In this document: piece by piece, positions 39,002 through 49,192 of the stretch
How positions within the stretch are numbered: the stretch's first letter is position 1
How the letters are laid out: the number at the start of each line of letters is the position of its first letter
Assembly (NCBI GenBank): GCA_046331125.1
Contig: JAXLRL010000019.1
Location: 8,136 to 72,135 of the forward strand
Length of the DNA: 64,000 bases
Source: Acidimicrobiia bacterium
GTDB taxonomy: Bacteria; Actinomycetota; Acidimicrobiia; IMCC26256; DASPTH01
Direction of reading: 5' to 3'
Notes under the pieces: model-generated
Told to the model about the DNA's origin: nothing
Databases searched by the model: none
Seen by the model: the letters and a program-made list of their open reading frames with translations, nothing else
Translations under genes and position numbers: made by a program

Positions 39002-39781
39002 ATGGAACGCTTTGCATCTCGTCGCATCATCGTCACCGGCGCCGCCTCGGGCATCGGCCGCGCCACCGTGCTCCGCCTGCTCGAGGAGGGTGGAACCGTC
39101 CACGGCGTCGACGTCGTCGCCGACGGCCTCGCCGAGACCGCGTCGCTCGCGGCCGACGCAGGCGGCAGCGGCACCTTCACCTCGGGCGTGGTCGACGTAT
39201 CCGACGAGCAGTCCGTGCGCGACGGCATCGGCGGGGCGATCGGCGAGCTCGGCGGCCTCGACGTGCTCGTCAACGCGGCCGGCATCCTGCGCGCCGCGCA
39301 CACCCACGAGTGCACGCTCGACATGTGGAAGCAGGTGATCGACATCAACCTCACCGGCACCTTCCTCGTGACGCGTGAGGCGATCCCCGCACTGCTCGAG
39401 AGCGACAAGGCCGTCATCGTGAACTTCTCGTCCACGTCGGCCGCGTTCGGCCACCCGTACATGGGCGCCTACTCCGCGAGCAAGGGTGGCATCGACGCGT
39501 TCACCCACGCGCTCGCGCTCGAGTACGGCAAGCGCGGCATCCGCGCCGTCGCCGTCGCGCCGGGCGGCATCGAGAGCGGCATCACCTTCTCCACGCCGGG
39601 CATGCTCCCCGCCGACGCCGACTGGGGCCTCTTCACCGGTCTCCAGCCGCAACTGCAGCCGAACGAGTCGGGCTTCGCCGGTTCCGAGGTGATCGCCGAC
39701 GCGATCGCGATGCTCGCGTCCGACGACGGCAAGTGGGTCACCGGCACCACGCTGCGGATCGACGGCGGCGCGCACTGCTGA
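39002..39781 (+). CDS. SDR family oxidoreductase
   Basis: The ORF is intact: RRIIVTGAASGIGRAT…LVNAAGI…YSASKGGIDAFT…VAVAPGGI…VTGTTLRIDGG. Confidence 0.8.
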   Translation: MERFASRRIIVTGAASGIGRATVLRLLEEGGTVHGVDVVADGLAETASLAADAGGSGTFTSGVVDVSDEQSVRDGIGGAIGELGGLDVLVNAAGILRAAHTHECTLDMWKQVIDINLTGTFLVTREAIPALLESDKAVIVNFSSTSAAFGHPYMGAYSASKGGIDAFTHALALEYGKRGIRAVAVAPGGIESGITFSTPGMLPADADWGLFTGLQPQLQPNESGFAGSEVIADAIAMLASDDGKWVTGTTLRIDGGAHC

Positions 39782-39782
39782 C

Positions 39783-40660
39783 GTGCGCATGACCGAGCGC
39801 TTGCCGGAGGGGTACTCGATCGGGGCGATGCGCGCCGACGAGATCCCCACGCTGTGGCACTGGGTCGAGGCCGAGGGGTGGAACCCCGGGCGGCACGACC
39901 TCCGGGCCGCGTTCGCGGTCGATCCCGACGCGTTCATCGCGTTGCGGTACGGGGACGAGCTAGTCGGCACCGGCACGGTGATGTCGTACGACGGTGCCTT
40001 CGGGTTCATGGGGTGCTTCGTCGTGGTGCCCGAGCACCGTGGCAACGGCGTGGGCGGCATCCTCTGGCGCCACCGTCACCGCCTCGTGCACCACCGGGTG
40101 CAGCCCGGCGCGACCGTCGGGATGGACGGCGTGCTCCCGATGGTCCCCTTCTACGCGAAGGGCGGCTTCGTCACCGAGTACGAGGACGTCCGCTGGTCGG
40201 GCATCGCCCAGGCCCGCGCCGGGCGAGGCCGACGGCCGTCGTCGATCTCGCGAGCGTGCCGTTCGACCAGGTCGTGGCCTACGACGACGCGGTCGCCCGC
40301 GCCGCGGGCGGCCTTCCTCCGGGACTGGCTGGCCATCGAGGGCTGCCACGGCGCCGCACCGTCGACGACGGCAAGCTGCGCGGCTACGCCCTGCTGCGCC
40401 CGGCGGCCGACGGCTGGCGCTTCGGCCCCTTCCACGCCGACGACCCCGCCACCGCCGAGCGCATCGCTGCCGCCCTCCTCGGCCGGATCGCCGGCGACCC
40501 GGTGGCGCTCGACGTGCCCACGCCCAACAGCGCGGCGGTCGCCCTGGCCGAGCGCCACGGCCTCACGCCGGGCTTCGTGTGCGCCCGCATGTACGACGGG
40601 CCGCCGCCCGCCGTCGACGTCGGCCGCTGCTACGGCGTCACCTCCCTCGAATTCGGCTGA
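39783..40660 (+). pseudogene. GNAT N-acetyltransferase with YitH-like C-terminal domain, about 3 frameshifts
   Basis: YSIGAMRADEIPTLWHWVEAEGWNPG…FVVVPEHRGNGVGGILW… (GNAT motif A) reads cleanly and then shifts. VVDLASVPFDQVVAYDDAV, AAFLRDWLAIEG and DGKLRGYALLRPAADGWRFGPF…YGVTSLEFG* lie in other frames. Confidence 0.55.
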
Positions 40661-40732
40661 GCGGCGAGTTCCCCTCCCCGCCTCGGATCTGCCACGATGG
40701 CGGCTCCATTCAGAGGTCCAGGAGAACCACGC

Positions 40733-41545
40733 ATGAGCAACCCGTTCAGCTACGCAGGCAAGAAGGTCGTCGTCACCGGTGCCGCCACCGGTGTGGGGGC
40801 GGGTCTCCTCGACGTGCTCGCCGAAGCCGGCGCCACCGACGTGACCGTGCTCGACATCAAGGCCCCCACCGGCCCGCACGCCACCTACCTCGAGACCAAC
40901 CTCTCGGAGGAGGCCGCGGTCGACGCCGCCATCGCCGCCATCGACGGCAAGGTCGACGTGCTGTTCAACAACGCGGGTGTCGCCGACACGATGCCTCCCC
41001 GCACCGTGATCGCGGTGAACTGGCTCGCGCTGCGCAAGCTCTCCGAGGGCCTGCTCCCCAAGATCGCGGTGGGCGGCGCCATCGCCAACACCGCGTCGAC
41101 CGCGGGTGGCATGTGGAGCTCGCACGTCCCGCAGATCACCGAGATGCTCGGTGTGGCGGGCTGGGACGAGTCGCTCGACAAGTACGAGTCGCTCGACCTC
41201 GAGGGTGTCGCGCCGTACTTCTTCTCGAAGGAGCTCGTGCAGTACTACACGATGCAGTCGGCGAAGACGACGATGGCGTCGGGTGTGCGCACCAACTCGG
41301 TGTGCCCCTCGCCGATCGACACGCCGCTGCTCAAGGACTTCCGCGAGACGATGAGCGACAAGCTCATCGACTGGAACATCGAGCAGGGCATGGGCCGCCC
41401 GGTCACCGGTCGTGAGGTGGGCATGGTGCTCGCGTTCCTGGGCAGCGACGCCGCCGCCTACGTGAACGGCGTGAACATGCTCGTCGACGGTGGGTTCACC
41501 GCGGCCATGACCACCGGTCAGGTCGACTTCGCGGCCATCAGCTGA
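40733..41545 (+). CDS. SDR family oxidoreductase (coniferyl-alcohol-dehydrogenase-like)
   Basis: The ORF is intact with an AGGAGAA RBS: MSNPFSYAGKKVVVTGAATGVGAG…LFNNAGV…YFFSKELVQYYT…NSVCPSPIDTP. A degraded paralog lies at 44637. Confidence 0.75.
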   Translation: MSNPFSYAGKKVVVTGAATGVGAGLLDVLAEAGATDVTVLDIKAPTGPHATYLETNLSEEAAVDAAIAAIDGKVDVLFNNAGVADTMPPRTVIAVNWLALRKLSEGLLPKIAVGGAIANTASTAGGMWSSHVPQITEMLGVAGWDESLDKYESLDLEGVAPYFFSKELVQYYTMQSAKTTMASGVRTNSVCPSPIDTPLLKDFRETMSDKLIDWNIEQGMGRPVTGREVGMVLAFLGSDAAAYVNGVNMLVDGGFTAAMTTGQVDFAAIS

Positions 41546-42339
41546 TGGCCGGCACGGTGCTGCTGGAGGACGCGGGCGAGCACGTCCGCGTCCTTCGGCT
41601 CAACCGGCCCGAGCAGCTCAACGCGATCAGCTTCGAGCTGGTCTCGGATCTGCACGACGCCCTCGACGAGCTCGGGTCGGACGCCGACGCCAAGGTCGCG
41701 ATCCTCACCGGCACCGGCCGCGGCTTCTGCGCGGGCCTCGACCTCGCCAACTTCGGGCAGCCGCCCGCGCCCGGCGGCCACCGGTACCTCAACGCGAACC
41801 AGAGTGGCCAGTCGTTCCTCGCCGATCTCACGCAGCACATCCGTGCGACGCCGCAGATCATGGTGGCGGCGGTGAACGGTCCCGCCTTCGGCGGTGGCCT
41901 GTCGCTCTCGCTGGCGTGCGACCTCCGCGTTGCGGCGCGCAGCGCGAGCTTCTGCTCGGCGTTCATCCGCACCGGACTCACCGGCACCGACGCGGGCGTG
42001 AGCTACCTGCTCCCCCGCCTCATCGGCGTGTCGCGCGGCTTCGACATGATCGTCACCGGGCGCAAGATCGACGCCGAGCAGGCCGAGCGGTGGGGCCTGG
42101 TCACGCAGTTGTTCGACGACGACGGCTTCTTCGACGCCGCACTCGGGGTCGCCCGCGGCATCGCGGAGTACACCGGCGTGGGCCTGCGATGGACCAAGGA
42201 AGCCATGTGGCTCAACATCGACAACGACGACATGGCCGGCTGCATCGCGATCGAGAACCGCAACCAGATGATGGCGGGCGCCACCGACGAGGTGCGCGAC
42301 TACATGGCCGCCTACTCGCAGCGCATCACGAAGAAGTAG
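41545..42339 (+). CDS. enoyl-CoA hydratase/isomerase (crotonase) family protein
   Basis: The ORF is intact: VRVLRLNRPEQLNAIS…GTGRGFCAGLDL…VAAVNGPAFGGGLSLSLACDLRVA… . Its start overlaps the previous stop. Confidence 0.85.
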   Translation: MAGTVLLEDAGEHVRVLRLNRPEQLNAISFELVSDLHDALDELGSDADAKVAILTGTGRGFCAGLDLANFGQPPAPGGHRYLNANQSGQSFLADLTQHIRATPQIMVAAVNGPAFGGGLSLSLACDLRVAARSASFCSAFIRTGLTGTDAGVSYLLPRLIGVSRGFDMIVTGRKIDAEQAERWGLVTQLFDDDGFFDAALGVARGIAEYTGVGLRWTKEAMWLNIDNDDMAGCIAIENRNQMMAGATDEVRDYMAAYSQRITKK

Positions 42340-42349
42340 GGAACCTCGG

Positions 42350-42720
42350 ATGGGTGACGTCCGGGTCAGCAGCTTCGGCCTCGAGGTGAGCGACCAGTGC
42401 CTGGCGCCTTCTACACGGAGGCGGCCGGGCTCACCGTCGTCTTCACGATCGACAACGACCACCTCGAGGAGATCGCGGTCGGCGACGGCGAGGGCGGCGG
42501 CGCAGATCCTCCTCATGCGCATGAAGGTCACCCGGCCCCTGGCCCGGAGCCGAAGACCGGCAAGGTCGTGCTCATCGCCGGCGATGTCGTCGCGCCAGAC
42601 GCCGCGGCGCGGCAGCCGGCGCCACCGAACGGGAACCCACGCAGTACCTGGGCACGAGCTACACCATCGGCATGGTGCGCGACGACGGCAACCTTCGTGG
42701 AGATGATCCAGACGAGCTGA
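42350..42720 (+). pseudogene. small hypothetical protein, apparently frameshifted
   Basis: MGDVRVSSFGLEVSDQ, then a shift, then GAFYTEAAGLTVVFTIDNDHLEEIAVGDG… . I recognised no family. Confidence 0.25.
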
Positions 42721-42728
42721 GTTCGTCT

Positions 42729-44565
42729 TCAGGCCGGCGGTTCGTGGGCGAGCAGGCGCGAGCCGCGGCGTCGATCAGCGACAGGTGCGTGAACGCCTGC
42801 GGGAAGTTGCCCAGGTGGTAGCCGGTTGTGGACGTCGATCTCCTCGGCGTAGAGGAGCAGCGGGCCGGCGAACGAGAGCAGCTTCTCGAACAGCGCCCGC
42901 GCTCGGTGCACCTCGCCGATCATCGCCAGCGCCGACACCAGCCAGAACGAGCAGATGGTGAACGTGCCCTCCTCGCCGGAGAGCCCGTCGTCGGTGGTCG
43001 CGACCTTGTAGCGGAGCATGCAGGCCGTCCTGGGTGAGCCTCGTCGGCGATGGCGAGCACGGTGGTGCGCACCCGTTCGTCGTCGGGCGGCAGGAACCCC
43101 ATGATCGATGAGCAGCAGCGACGCGCCGAGCGCGCCGGTGCCGTAGTACTGCGTGAACGAACCGCGGGCGTCGAGCCCTTCGCGATGATCTCGTCCTTCA
43201 GCGCGCCGGCGGCCTGCTGCCAGCGAGTCGCGCGCTCGACGTCGTCGCGGCCCTGCGCCAGCCGGATGCCGCGGTCGATCGCCACCCAGCACATCACCTT
43301 CGACGCGACGAAGGCCAGGAGGCGGCCGCGCATCTCCCAGATGCCCTGTCCGGTTCGGGTGCACGGGAGATCGCGCAGGTGTCGACCATGCGGCGATGAC
43401 CTCCCACATGTCGTGGGGCACCTCATCGCCGCGGCGTTGGTGGCACAACGAAGTCGAGGAGCATCCCCCACACGTCGTGCTGGTGCTGGTCGAACGCACC
43501 GTTGCCGATGCGCACCGGCTTCGAGTGGAGGTAGCCCGACAGGTGGTCGAGGGTGTGCTCGGTGAGGTCGGTCTCGCCCTGGATCCCGTACATGATCTGC
43601 AGTTGCAGTCGTCACCTGCGAGCACGTCGCCGCCGACCGCGCCGACAGAACGCGGCACTCTCGTAGGCCTCCCAGTCGAAGCCGAGGTCGTGCAGGGCGC
43701 AGCATGAACGCGCTGTCGCGGATCCACGTGTAGCGGTAGTCCCAGTTGCGCTCACCGGGCGTCTCGGGGAGCGACGGTGGCTGCGGCCATGATCGCCCCG
43801 GTGGGCGGCGCAGCTCAGCCCCTTGAGCGCGTAGGCGCGCTGCGCTCGATGTAGGGGCGCCAGCGGTGGTCGGCGACCGGCCAGGCTGAGCCGAACAAAG
43901 CCAGAACTTCTCGGTGGAGGTAGCTGGTCCATCGCCTCGCCGAGGTCGGCGGGCAACTGCCACGACAACGCACACCACGCGCTCGCCATGCTCCAGCGTG
44001 GTGCGGCCGTAGGGTGCGCGCCCACGAAGCCGAGCCGCATGCTGCTCGCCATCGTGGTTCGAGCCCCGTGCTGCACCCGCACGCAGCCGCCGCCGTCGCC
44101 GTACTCCCACTTCGACGCGCCCGTAGTCGAACTGCGGGAGGCACCTCGACCTGCAGCTCGACGCGTCGGGTTGAAGCACTCGGCGATGCGCAGCGTGCCC
44201 TGCGGCGACGTCGTCACCTGGCGCACGGCGGTACTCGGGCCGCCGTTCGTCGGTCGGCGCGGGCCCGATCACCAGCACGTCGTAGACGGTCATCCAGCCG
44301 GTGGGCGTGCGCCACGTGGTCTCGAGCACGTTGGTGCCTGGCACGTAGCGGCGCTGGTCGGGCACCTCCGGGCTCGACGGCCCGAAGCGGAAGTGGCCGG
44401 CGCCGTAGTCGAGCAGCGCACCGAAGACGCTCGGCGAGTCGGGGCGGGGCAGGCACAGCCACCCACCGAGCCGTCGGGCGCGATCAGCGTGCTGGCCTCG
44501 CAGTCGGACACGAACCGTAGTGCGCGACGGCGGAAACCGTCCCGCGTGCCGAACAGTCTGGACAC
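42729..44565 (-). pseudogene. glycoside hydrolase family 15 (glucoamylase/trehalase-like), heavily frameshifted
   Basis: The N-terminus reads MSRLFGTRDGFRRRALRFVSDCEASTLIAPDGSVG… followed by LCLPRPDSPSVFGALLDYGAGHFRFGP. Further fragments are NWDYRYTWIRDSAFML and FTICSFWLVSALAMIGEVHRARALFEKLLSFAGPLLLYAEEID. The C-terminus matches the family's FPQAFTHLSLI type. The pieces are spread over all minus frames. Confidence 0.6.
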
Positions 44566-44636
44566 TTCTCCGGCGGTCCCGATAGTCTGCGCGCCGATCC
44601 GGTCCGTGGAGCAGCGAGAGAGGCGAGAGGCGACAC

Positions 44637-45476
44637 ATGGCGAACCTGTTCAGCTACGAGGGCAAGCGAGTGGTGGTCAGCGGTGGCGGCGGTGCCGGCA
44701 TGGGCGCGGCGTGTCGCCGAGGGCCTGCCGGTTCCTCGGCGCCGAGATCCACGTGATCGACCTGAAGGAGCCGCCGGTGCCGGTGGCCAGCCACCAGGTG
44801 GTCGACCTCCGCGACTTCGCCGCGGCCACCGCCGCGATCGACAACATCGGCGGCACGATCAACTCGCTGTTCAACTGCGCGGGCCTGCCCGGGCCACCGA
44901 AGACCGATGACGTCAACACCTTCCTCGTGAATTGCAAGCTGCGCCACTCGCCGTTGCGCAGTGGCGATGCTGGCGGTGCTCTTCTTCTTCTTCTTCCTCT
45001 CGGCGCGATCGCGAGCATCTCGTCGACTGCGGCGCGTCGTACCCCGCAACATCGCGGCGGATGCCGCTCGTGACCACCCCGACTTCGGTGCCGGCGAAGG
45101 AGTGATCGAGTCGCACCCCGCCGAGATCGAGGGCGGCACAGCCGTCGAAGGAGGCGCTCATCGTGTGGACGATGTGGGCGGCGAAGGCGTACGCCGAGCG
45201 CGGCATCCGCCTCAACCGCATCTCCCCGGCCCCACCGACACGCCGATGATGTCCGACTTCGAGCGTGCACGAGACCATGCCCGGCATGGAGGGGACTGGG
45301 ACGCGATGGCGCAGGGTCTCGGGCGGCCACCCACTCCTGCCGAGCAGGGCTGGCCGCTGATCTTCCTCAACAGCGACGCTGCGCCCTACATCTCGGGCGA
45401 GAACGTCAACACCGACGGCGGCACCATGTCGGGGATCATGACCGGCACGATCACCGTCGAGATGCCGGAGATGTAG
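44637..45476 (+). pseudogene. SDR family oxidoreductase, degraded paralog of 40733..41545
   Basis: MANLFSYEGKRVVVSGGGGAGMGAA is followed by shifts. AEIHVIDLKEPPVPVASHQVVDLRDFAAATAAIDNIGGTINSLFNCAGLPGPP, GAIASISSTA and PYISGENVNTDGGTMSGIMTG…* lie in other frames. Confidence 0.55.
44981..44995. repeat. (CTT)5 trinucleotide microsatellite inside the degraded SDR gene
   Basis: Read directly from the sequence: cttcttcttcttctt. It translates as LLLLL, in frame with the following PLGAIASISSTA. Confidence 0.9.
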
Positions 45477-45503
45477 CTCCGGTCGCTCGCGGATCCGCGT
45501 TGG

Positions 45504-46403
45504 TCAGCGGACGATGCTGAATCGGGCCCGGTGCGCGGCCACCGGCCCGGACCACCCCACGCGCCCTTGCGCAGCGCGCCGGTGGCGGCGGTCATCGGTT
45601 CGAGCGCATGAACGGCTTGCCCGGCGGCACCCACACCTGCGCGTAGTGGTAGCCACCGTCGGGACGCACCTCCACCGCGCGGCCGTCGGGCGTCCTCGAG
45701 CGCGAGCACGCCGAGTGCCCAGCGCGTAGAGGTGCGTCGTCGTAGGCGACGCGCGATCGGCGCCGAGTGTGCGGTCTCGACGCGCCGCCCGTGGGGATGC
45801 CGTGCGCGCCGAGGAGCAGGTGCTCACGCCGGGCAGGCGCAGGTTCCAGGTGTGGCGCCGATCCCGGCAGGCAGGTAGCACCTGAACGCGGCATCGGCAC
45901 CGAGCGCCGCCCGGTCGCCACGTGACCGTGGTGGACACGTGAGCCGGTCCTCGTGCACGCGGGCGTCGACCTCGATGCGGTGCCGGAACGGGAACGCGGG
46001 CTCGTCGACGTCGAGGGTGGCGAGCACCGACGAGGTACCGCGCCGGCGCAGCTCGCGCACCCCACCCCGGGCGCCCGACCAGGAGCCCGTGGATCGGCAA
46101 CCCGTTGCCGTCGGCGTGCACGCCCATGCCGGTGAGGTCGACGGCGTGCGAGCCGACCTTGTAGTGCATGGCACCCAGGCGGCTAGCCCACGGCGCGAGC
46201 AGCGGAGCCCACCCGCAGGTACCCCTTGCGGATGGCATCGAGCCCACCGGGGAGCGCGAGGTACTCACCGCGCCGGTAGCGCAGCGACACGCCGGTCATG
46301 CCGAGACCGGGAGGAACACCGCGCGCAGGTCGCCGTTGGTGAGCACCACCGCGGGCTCACCGCGAAGCGCCTCCTCCTCGGCACGGAGGATCGGGAGCGG
46401 CAT
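45504..46403 (-). pseudogene. aldose 1-epimerase (galactose mutarotase-like) family, heavily frameshifted
   Basis: Fragments lie in shifting frames: MPLPILRAEEEALRGEPAVVLTNGDLRAVFLP, GMTGVSLRYRRGEYLALPGG, MHYKVGSHAVDLTGMGVHADGNGLPIHGLLVGRPGW, AFPFRHRIEVDARVHEDRLT and GGYHYAQVWVPPGKPFM. Confidence 0.5.
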
Positions 46404-46410
46404 CCTGGGC

Positions 46411-47264
46411 CTACGAACCCGTGGGGCGCTGACGGCGACCTGGCCATGTCGCGCGTCTCCGGCAGGTAGTCGGCCACCGCGAAGTGCTGCGTGGCCCACT
46501 CGTCCCAGATCGCGAAATCGCCGACCTTCCACGAGTGCCGAGCTGGAGGTTGGGGTGTTCGGCGTGCGCAGAGCAGGTCGAGGAGCATCTCGGCTCTCGT
46601 CGGCGTGCAGCTCCACGACGTGGCTGGTGAACTCGCGGTTCACGTTGAGGTAGCGACGGCCGGTGCGCGGGTGCACGCCCACGACGGGGTGCTCCGTACC
46701 GGGAACGCTCAGGGTGCGGGCGACCACCTCGGCGCCGGCCTTGTCGACGAACGACTGCATGCTGCCCATGGTGTGCACGGCGACGAGGCCGTCGAGCCGG
46801 TCGCGCAGCGTGGGCGAGAGCGACTCGTAGGCGGCGTACATGCTCGCCCAGATGGTGTCGCCACCGCGCGACGGCGTCGCGCAGGCCCGCAGCGTGCCGT
46901 AGGTGGGATGGTCGGGATCCCAGCTTGACGTCGGTGTGCCACTTGTCCTGGTAGGGCGGGTGCTCGACGGAGTCGATGATGTGCTCGACCCGCACGTCGG
47001 CGGCGGTGCGGCCGTGCATGCGCCCGATCGGGTGGGCGTAGGGCTGCCGAAGCGGGAGGCGAAGGCGTGCTGCTGCTCGTCGGTCACGCCGTCGGTACCG
47101 GGCGGCGGAGCGAAGAACAGGACCAGGTACCTGTCGAGGAGGGCGTGGAGCTCGGCGACGGTCTCGTCGGAGAGATCCCGGGTGAGGTCGACCCCGTCGA
47201 CCGCGGCCCCGAGTGCCCCCGCGAGCGGTCGCACGGCCAGGCTGGAACCGATGTGCGTGCTCAT
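46411..47264 (-). pseudogene. TauD/TfdA family dioxygenase (third copy), frameshifted
   Basis: Fragments lie in several frames: MSTHIGSSLAVRPLAGALGAAVDGVDLTRDLSDETVAELHALLDRYLVLFF, KWHTDV, GGDTIWASMYAAYESLSPTLRDRLDGLVAVHT and WKVGDFAIWDEWATQHFAV. Confidence 0.6.
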
Positions 47265-47299
47265 GGCGCGGGATCGTATCGCCGTCGTACCCTGCCGGG

Positions 47300-47930
47300 A
47301 TGCGTTGCTGGGACGAAGAGGTCGTACCCCGGATGACCGATAAGCTCCTCGGCAACGCCGAGGTGCAGGCCCACCGGGCCCGGGTCATGGGCGGGCTCCC
47401 CCACGGCACCGTCGTGGAGATCGGCTTCGGTTCTGGCCTGGAACGTGCCCGTGTACCTGCCGGAGATCGACACTGTGCTCGCGATCGAGCCGTCGGAGGT
47501 GGCGCGGCGCCTCGCCCAGCCGCGGTGGCCAAGTCGCCCGTGCACGTGGAGTACTGCGGCCTCGACGGTCAACGCCTGCCCCTCGCCGACTCCTCCGTCG
47601 ACGGCGCGCCTTCAGCACCTTCACGCTGTGCACCATCCCGACGCGGCGCTCGCCCTGCAGGTGGTTCGCCATGCGGGTGCTGAAGCCGGGCGCGACAACC
47701 ACTTCCTCGAGCACGGCCTCTCCCCGAGACCTGAAGGTCGAACGCTGGCAGCACCGCCTCAACGGCATGCAGCGCGCGCGGGCGGTTGCAACTCGACTGG
47801 CCATCGACCTGCTGATCCTCGACGCCGGCTTCGCCTCCCGAACTGCACCACGACGCGATGAAGGGCCCGAAGTTCATGGCGCCGTGGAGCCACCTCTACA
47901 CGGCCAGATCGCCGGCCGCGGAACTGGCTG
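47300..47930 (+). pseudogene. class I SAM-dependent methyltransferase, frameshifted; 3' end approximate
   Basis: Fragments lie in different frames: GTVVEIGFGSGL (motif I), LAIEPSEVARRLA, VEYCGLDGQRLPLADSSVDGA, VLKPG and HFLEHGLSP. A TACCCT hexamer sits 6 nt before ATG 47300. Confidence 0.5.
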
Positions 47931-49101
47931 GGGGGCCACCGGAGCCTCATCCCCTACTGCATCGTGTCGGGCGTGATGTCGCTCGGCTACGGCTCGGTGT
48001 ACACGCTGCTCGCCGACCTGCGCGACGAGTACGGCTTCACCGGCACCCAGCTCGGCCTATCGTCGGCCGCCGGCTTCTTCGCCGGCTTCGGCGCGCAACT
48101 CGGTCTGGCCCGGCCTTCGCCGACCAGGGCCACATCTCCTGGCTCGTGCGCGGCGGCGCGATCGCCGCCACCGGCGCGATGATCGGCGCGGCCATCGGCG
48201 GCACGTTCTGGGTGTTCCTTGATCGCACGTGTGCTGCTCGGCATGGGCAGCGGCGCCGCGAGTCCTATGATCCGCCGAATCGTGATCGTGCGCGATCCTT
48301 GAGCAGGTCGGTCACAACCTCGGTCGGTTGTCGTCGTTCGAGTTCGCCGGCTTCGTGCTCGGCCTGCTCATCGCCGCTGCGGCGGCCGAGGCGTTCGGCA
48401 TCCACGCCGTTCGTGCTGCTCAAGGTGCTGATGTTCGCGGGCGTGTTCGTGCTCACCCTGCGCCTCGACCTGAGCGCGGCCGCCGAGAAGCAGCACCGGG
48501 TGCTGCGACCTTCGTTGCGCTCGCGCCCGATCGTGTCGACGCTCGTCATCTGCGTCGGCTTCACGTCACCATCGGCATGTTCGAGGCGGTCTGCGCAGCT
48601 GCTGCTGCGCGACGAGGGCGCGGAGACGTGGCTCATCGGCCTCACGCTCCGCTCTTCACGGTGCCGATGATCTTCCTCGCCCCGATCGGCGGCCGCACCG
48701 GCAGCAGCGCGGCTGCCAGGCGTGGTGACGGTCAGCTCGCGGTCGCGCGGCGTGCACCTTCTCCTACGGCTTCCTGCCGAAGCCTGTGGCTGCTGCCGGG
48801 TGTCGGTGATCCACGCCTGTGCCGACTCCTTCACCATGCCGGGCAACCAGGTGTCGATCGCATGGCGGCTCGCCGTCGCACCTCTCGTCGGCGCAGGGCC
48901 TCCCTCGGCGCCACCGGGCTCGCGACCGCCGGGCTCACCGGACTGCTCGCCGGCGCGGCCTACGAGGCGAGCGGCCGTTTTCTCGTGTGCACCACCACGG
49001 CGGTCGTGATGGTGGTGTCGATCGTGGTCGCCCGGAGCCTGGCCGGCGCCCGCCCGGAACCCGGGTCTGCCGACGAGCAGTTGACCGGGTCAAGCACCTG
49101 A
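47930..49101 (+). pseudogene. MFS-type transporter, frameshifted; 5' end approximate
   Basis: Hydrophobic segments lie in shifting frames, ending at the stop at 49101: VMSLGYGSVYTLLADLRDEYGFTGTQLGLSSAAGFFAGFGAQLGLA, GGAIAATGAMIGAAIGGTFWVF, FEFAGFVLGLLIAAAAAEAFG and LGATGLATAGLTGLLAGAAYE. Confidence 0.45.
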
Positions 49102-49192
49102 CAGAGTCCAGATGAGAGGGCACCGAGCGCCGACCCGGAGAGTGTGATAACACCACCGGACCACAAACGTTCAGGATTCTGGGGGGAAACCT

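Noticed and set aside
36546-39017. 823-aa ORF as a single fusion protein
   Set aside because: Only the C-terminal about 400 aa (GH1, from ATG 37745) is protein-like. The upstream part is an out-of-frame read-through across the FMN-dependent dehydrogenase gene, whose own frame (37742-38959) gives a clean family match.
45488-45499. Palindrome CGCGGATCCGCG between convergent genes as a terminator
   Set aside because: It offers a stem of only 4 bp once a minimal loop is allowed. It is better explained as a chance palindrome in GC-rich DNA.
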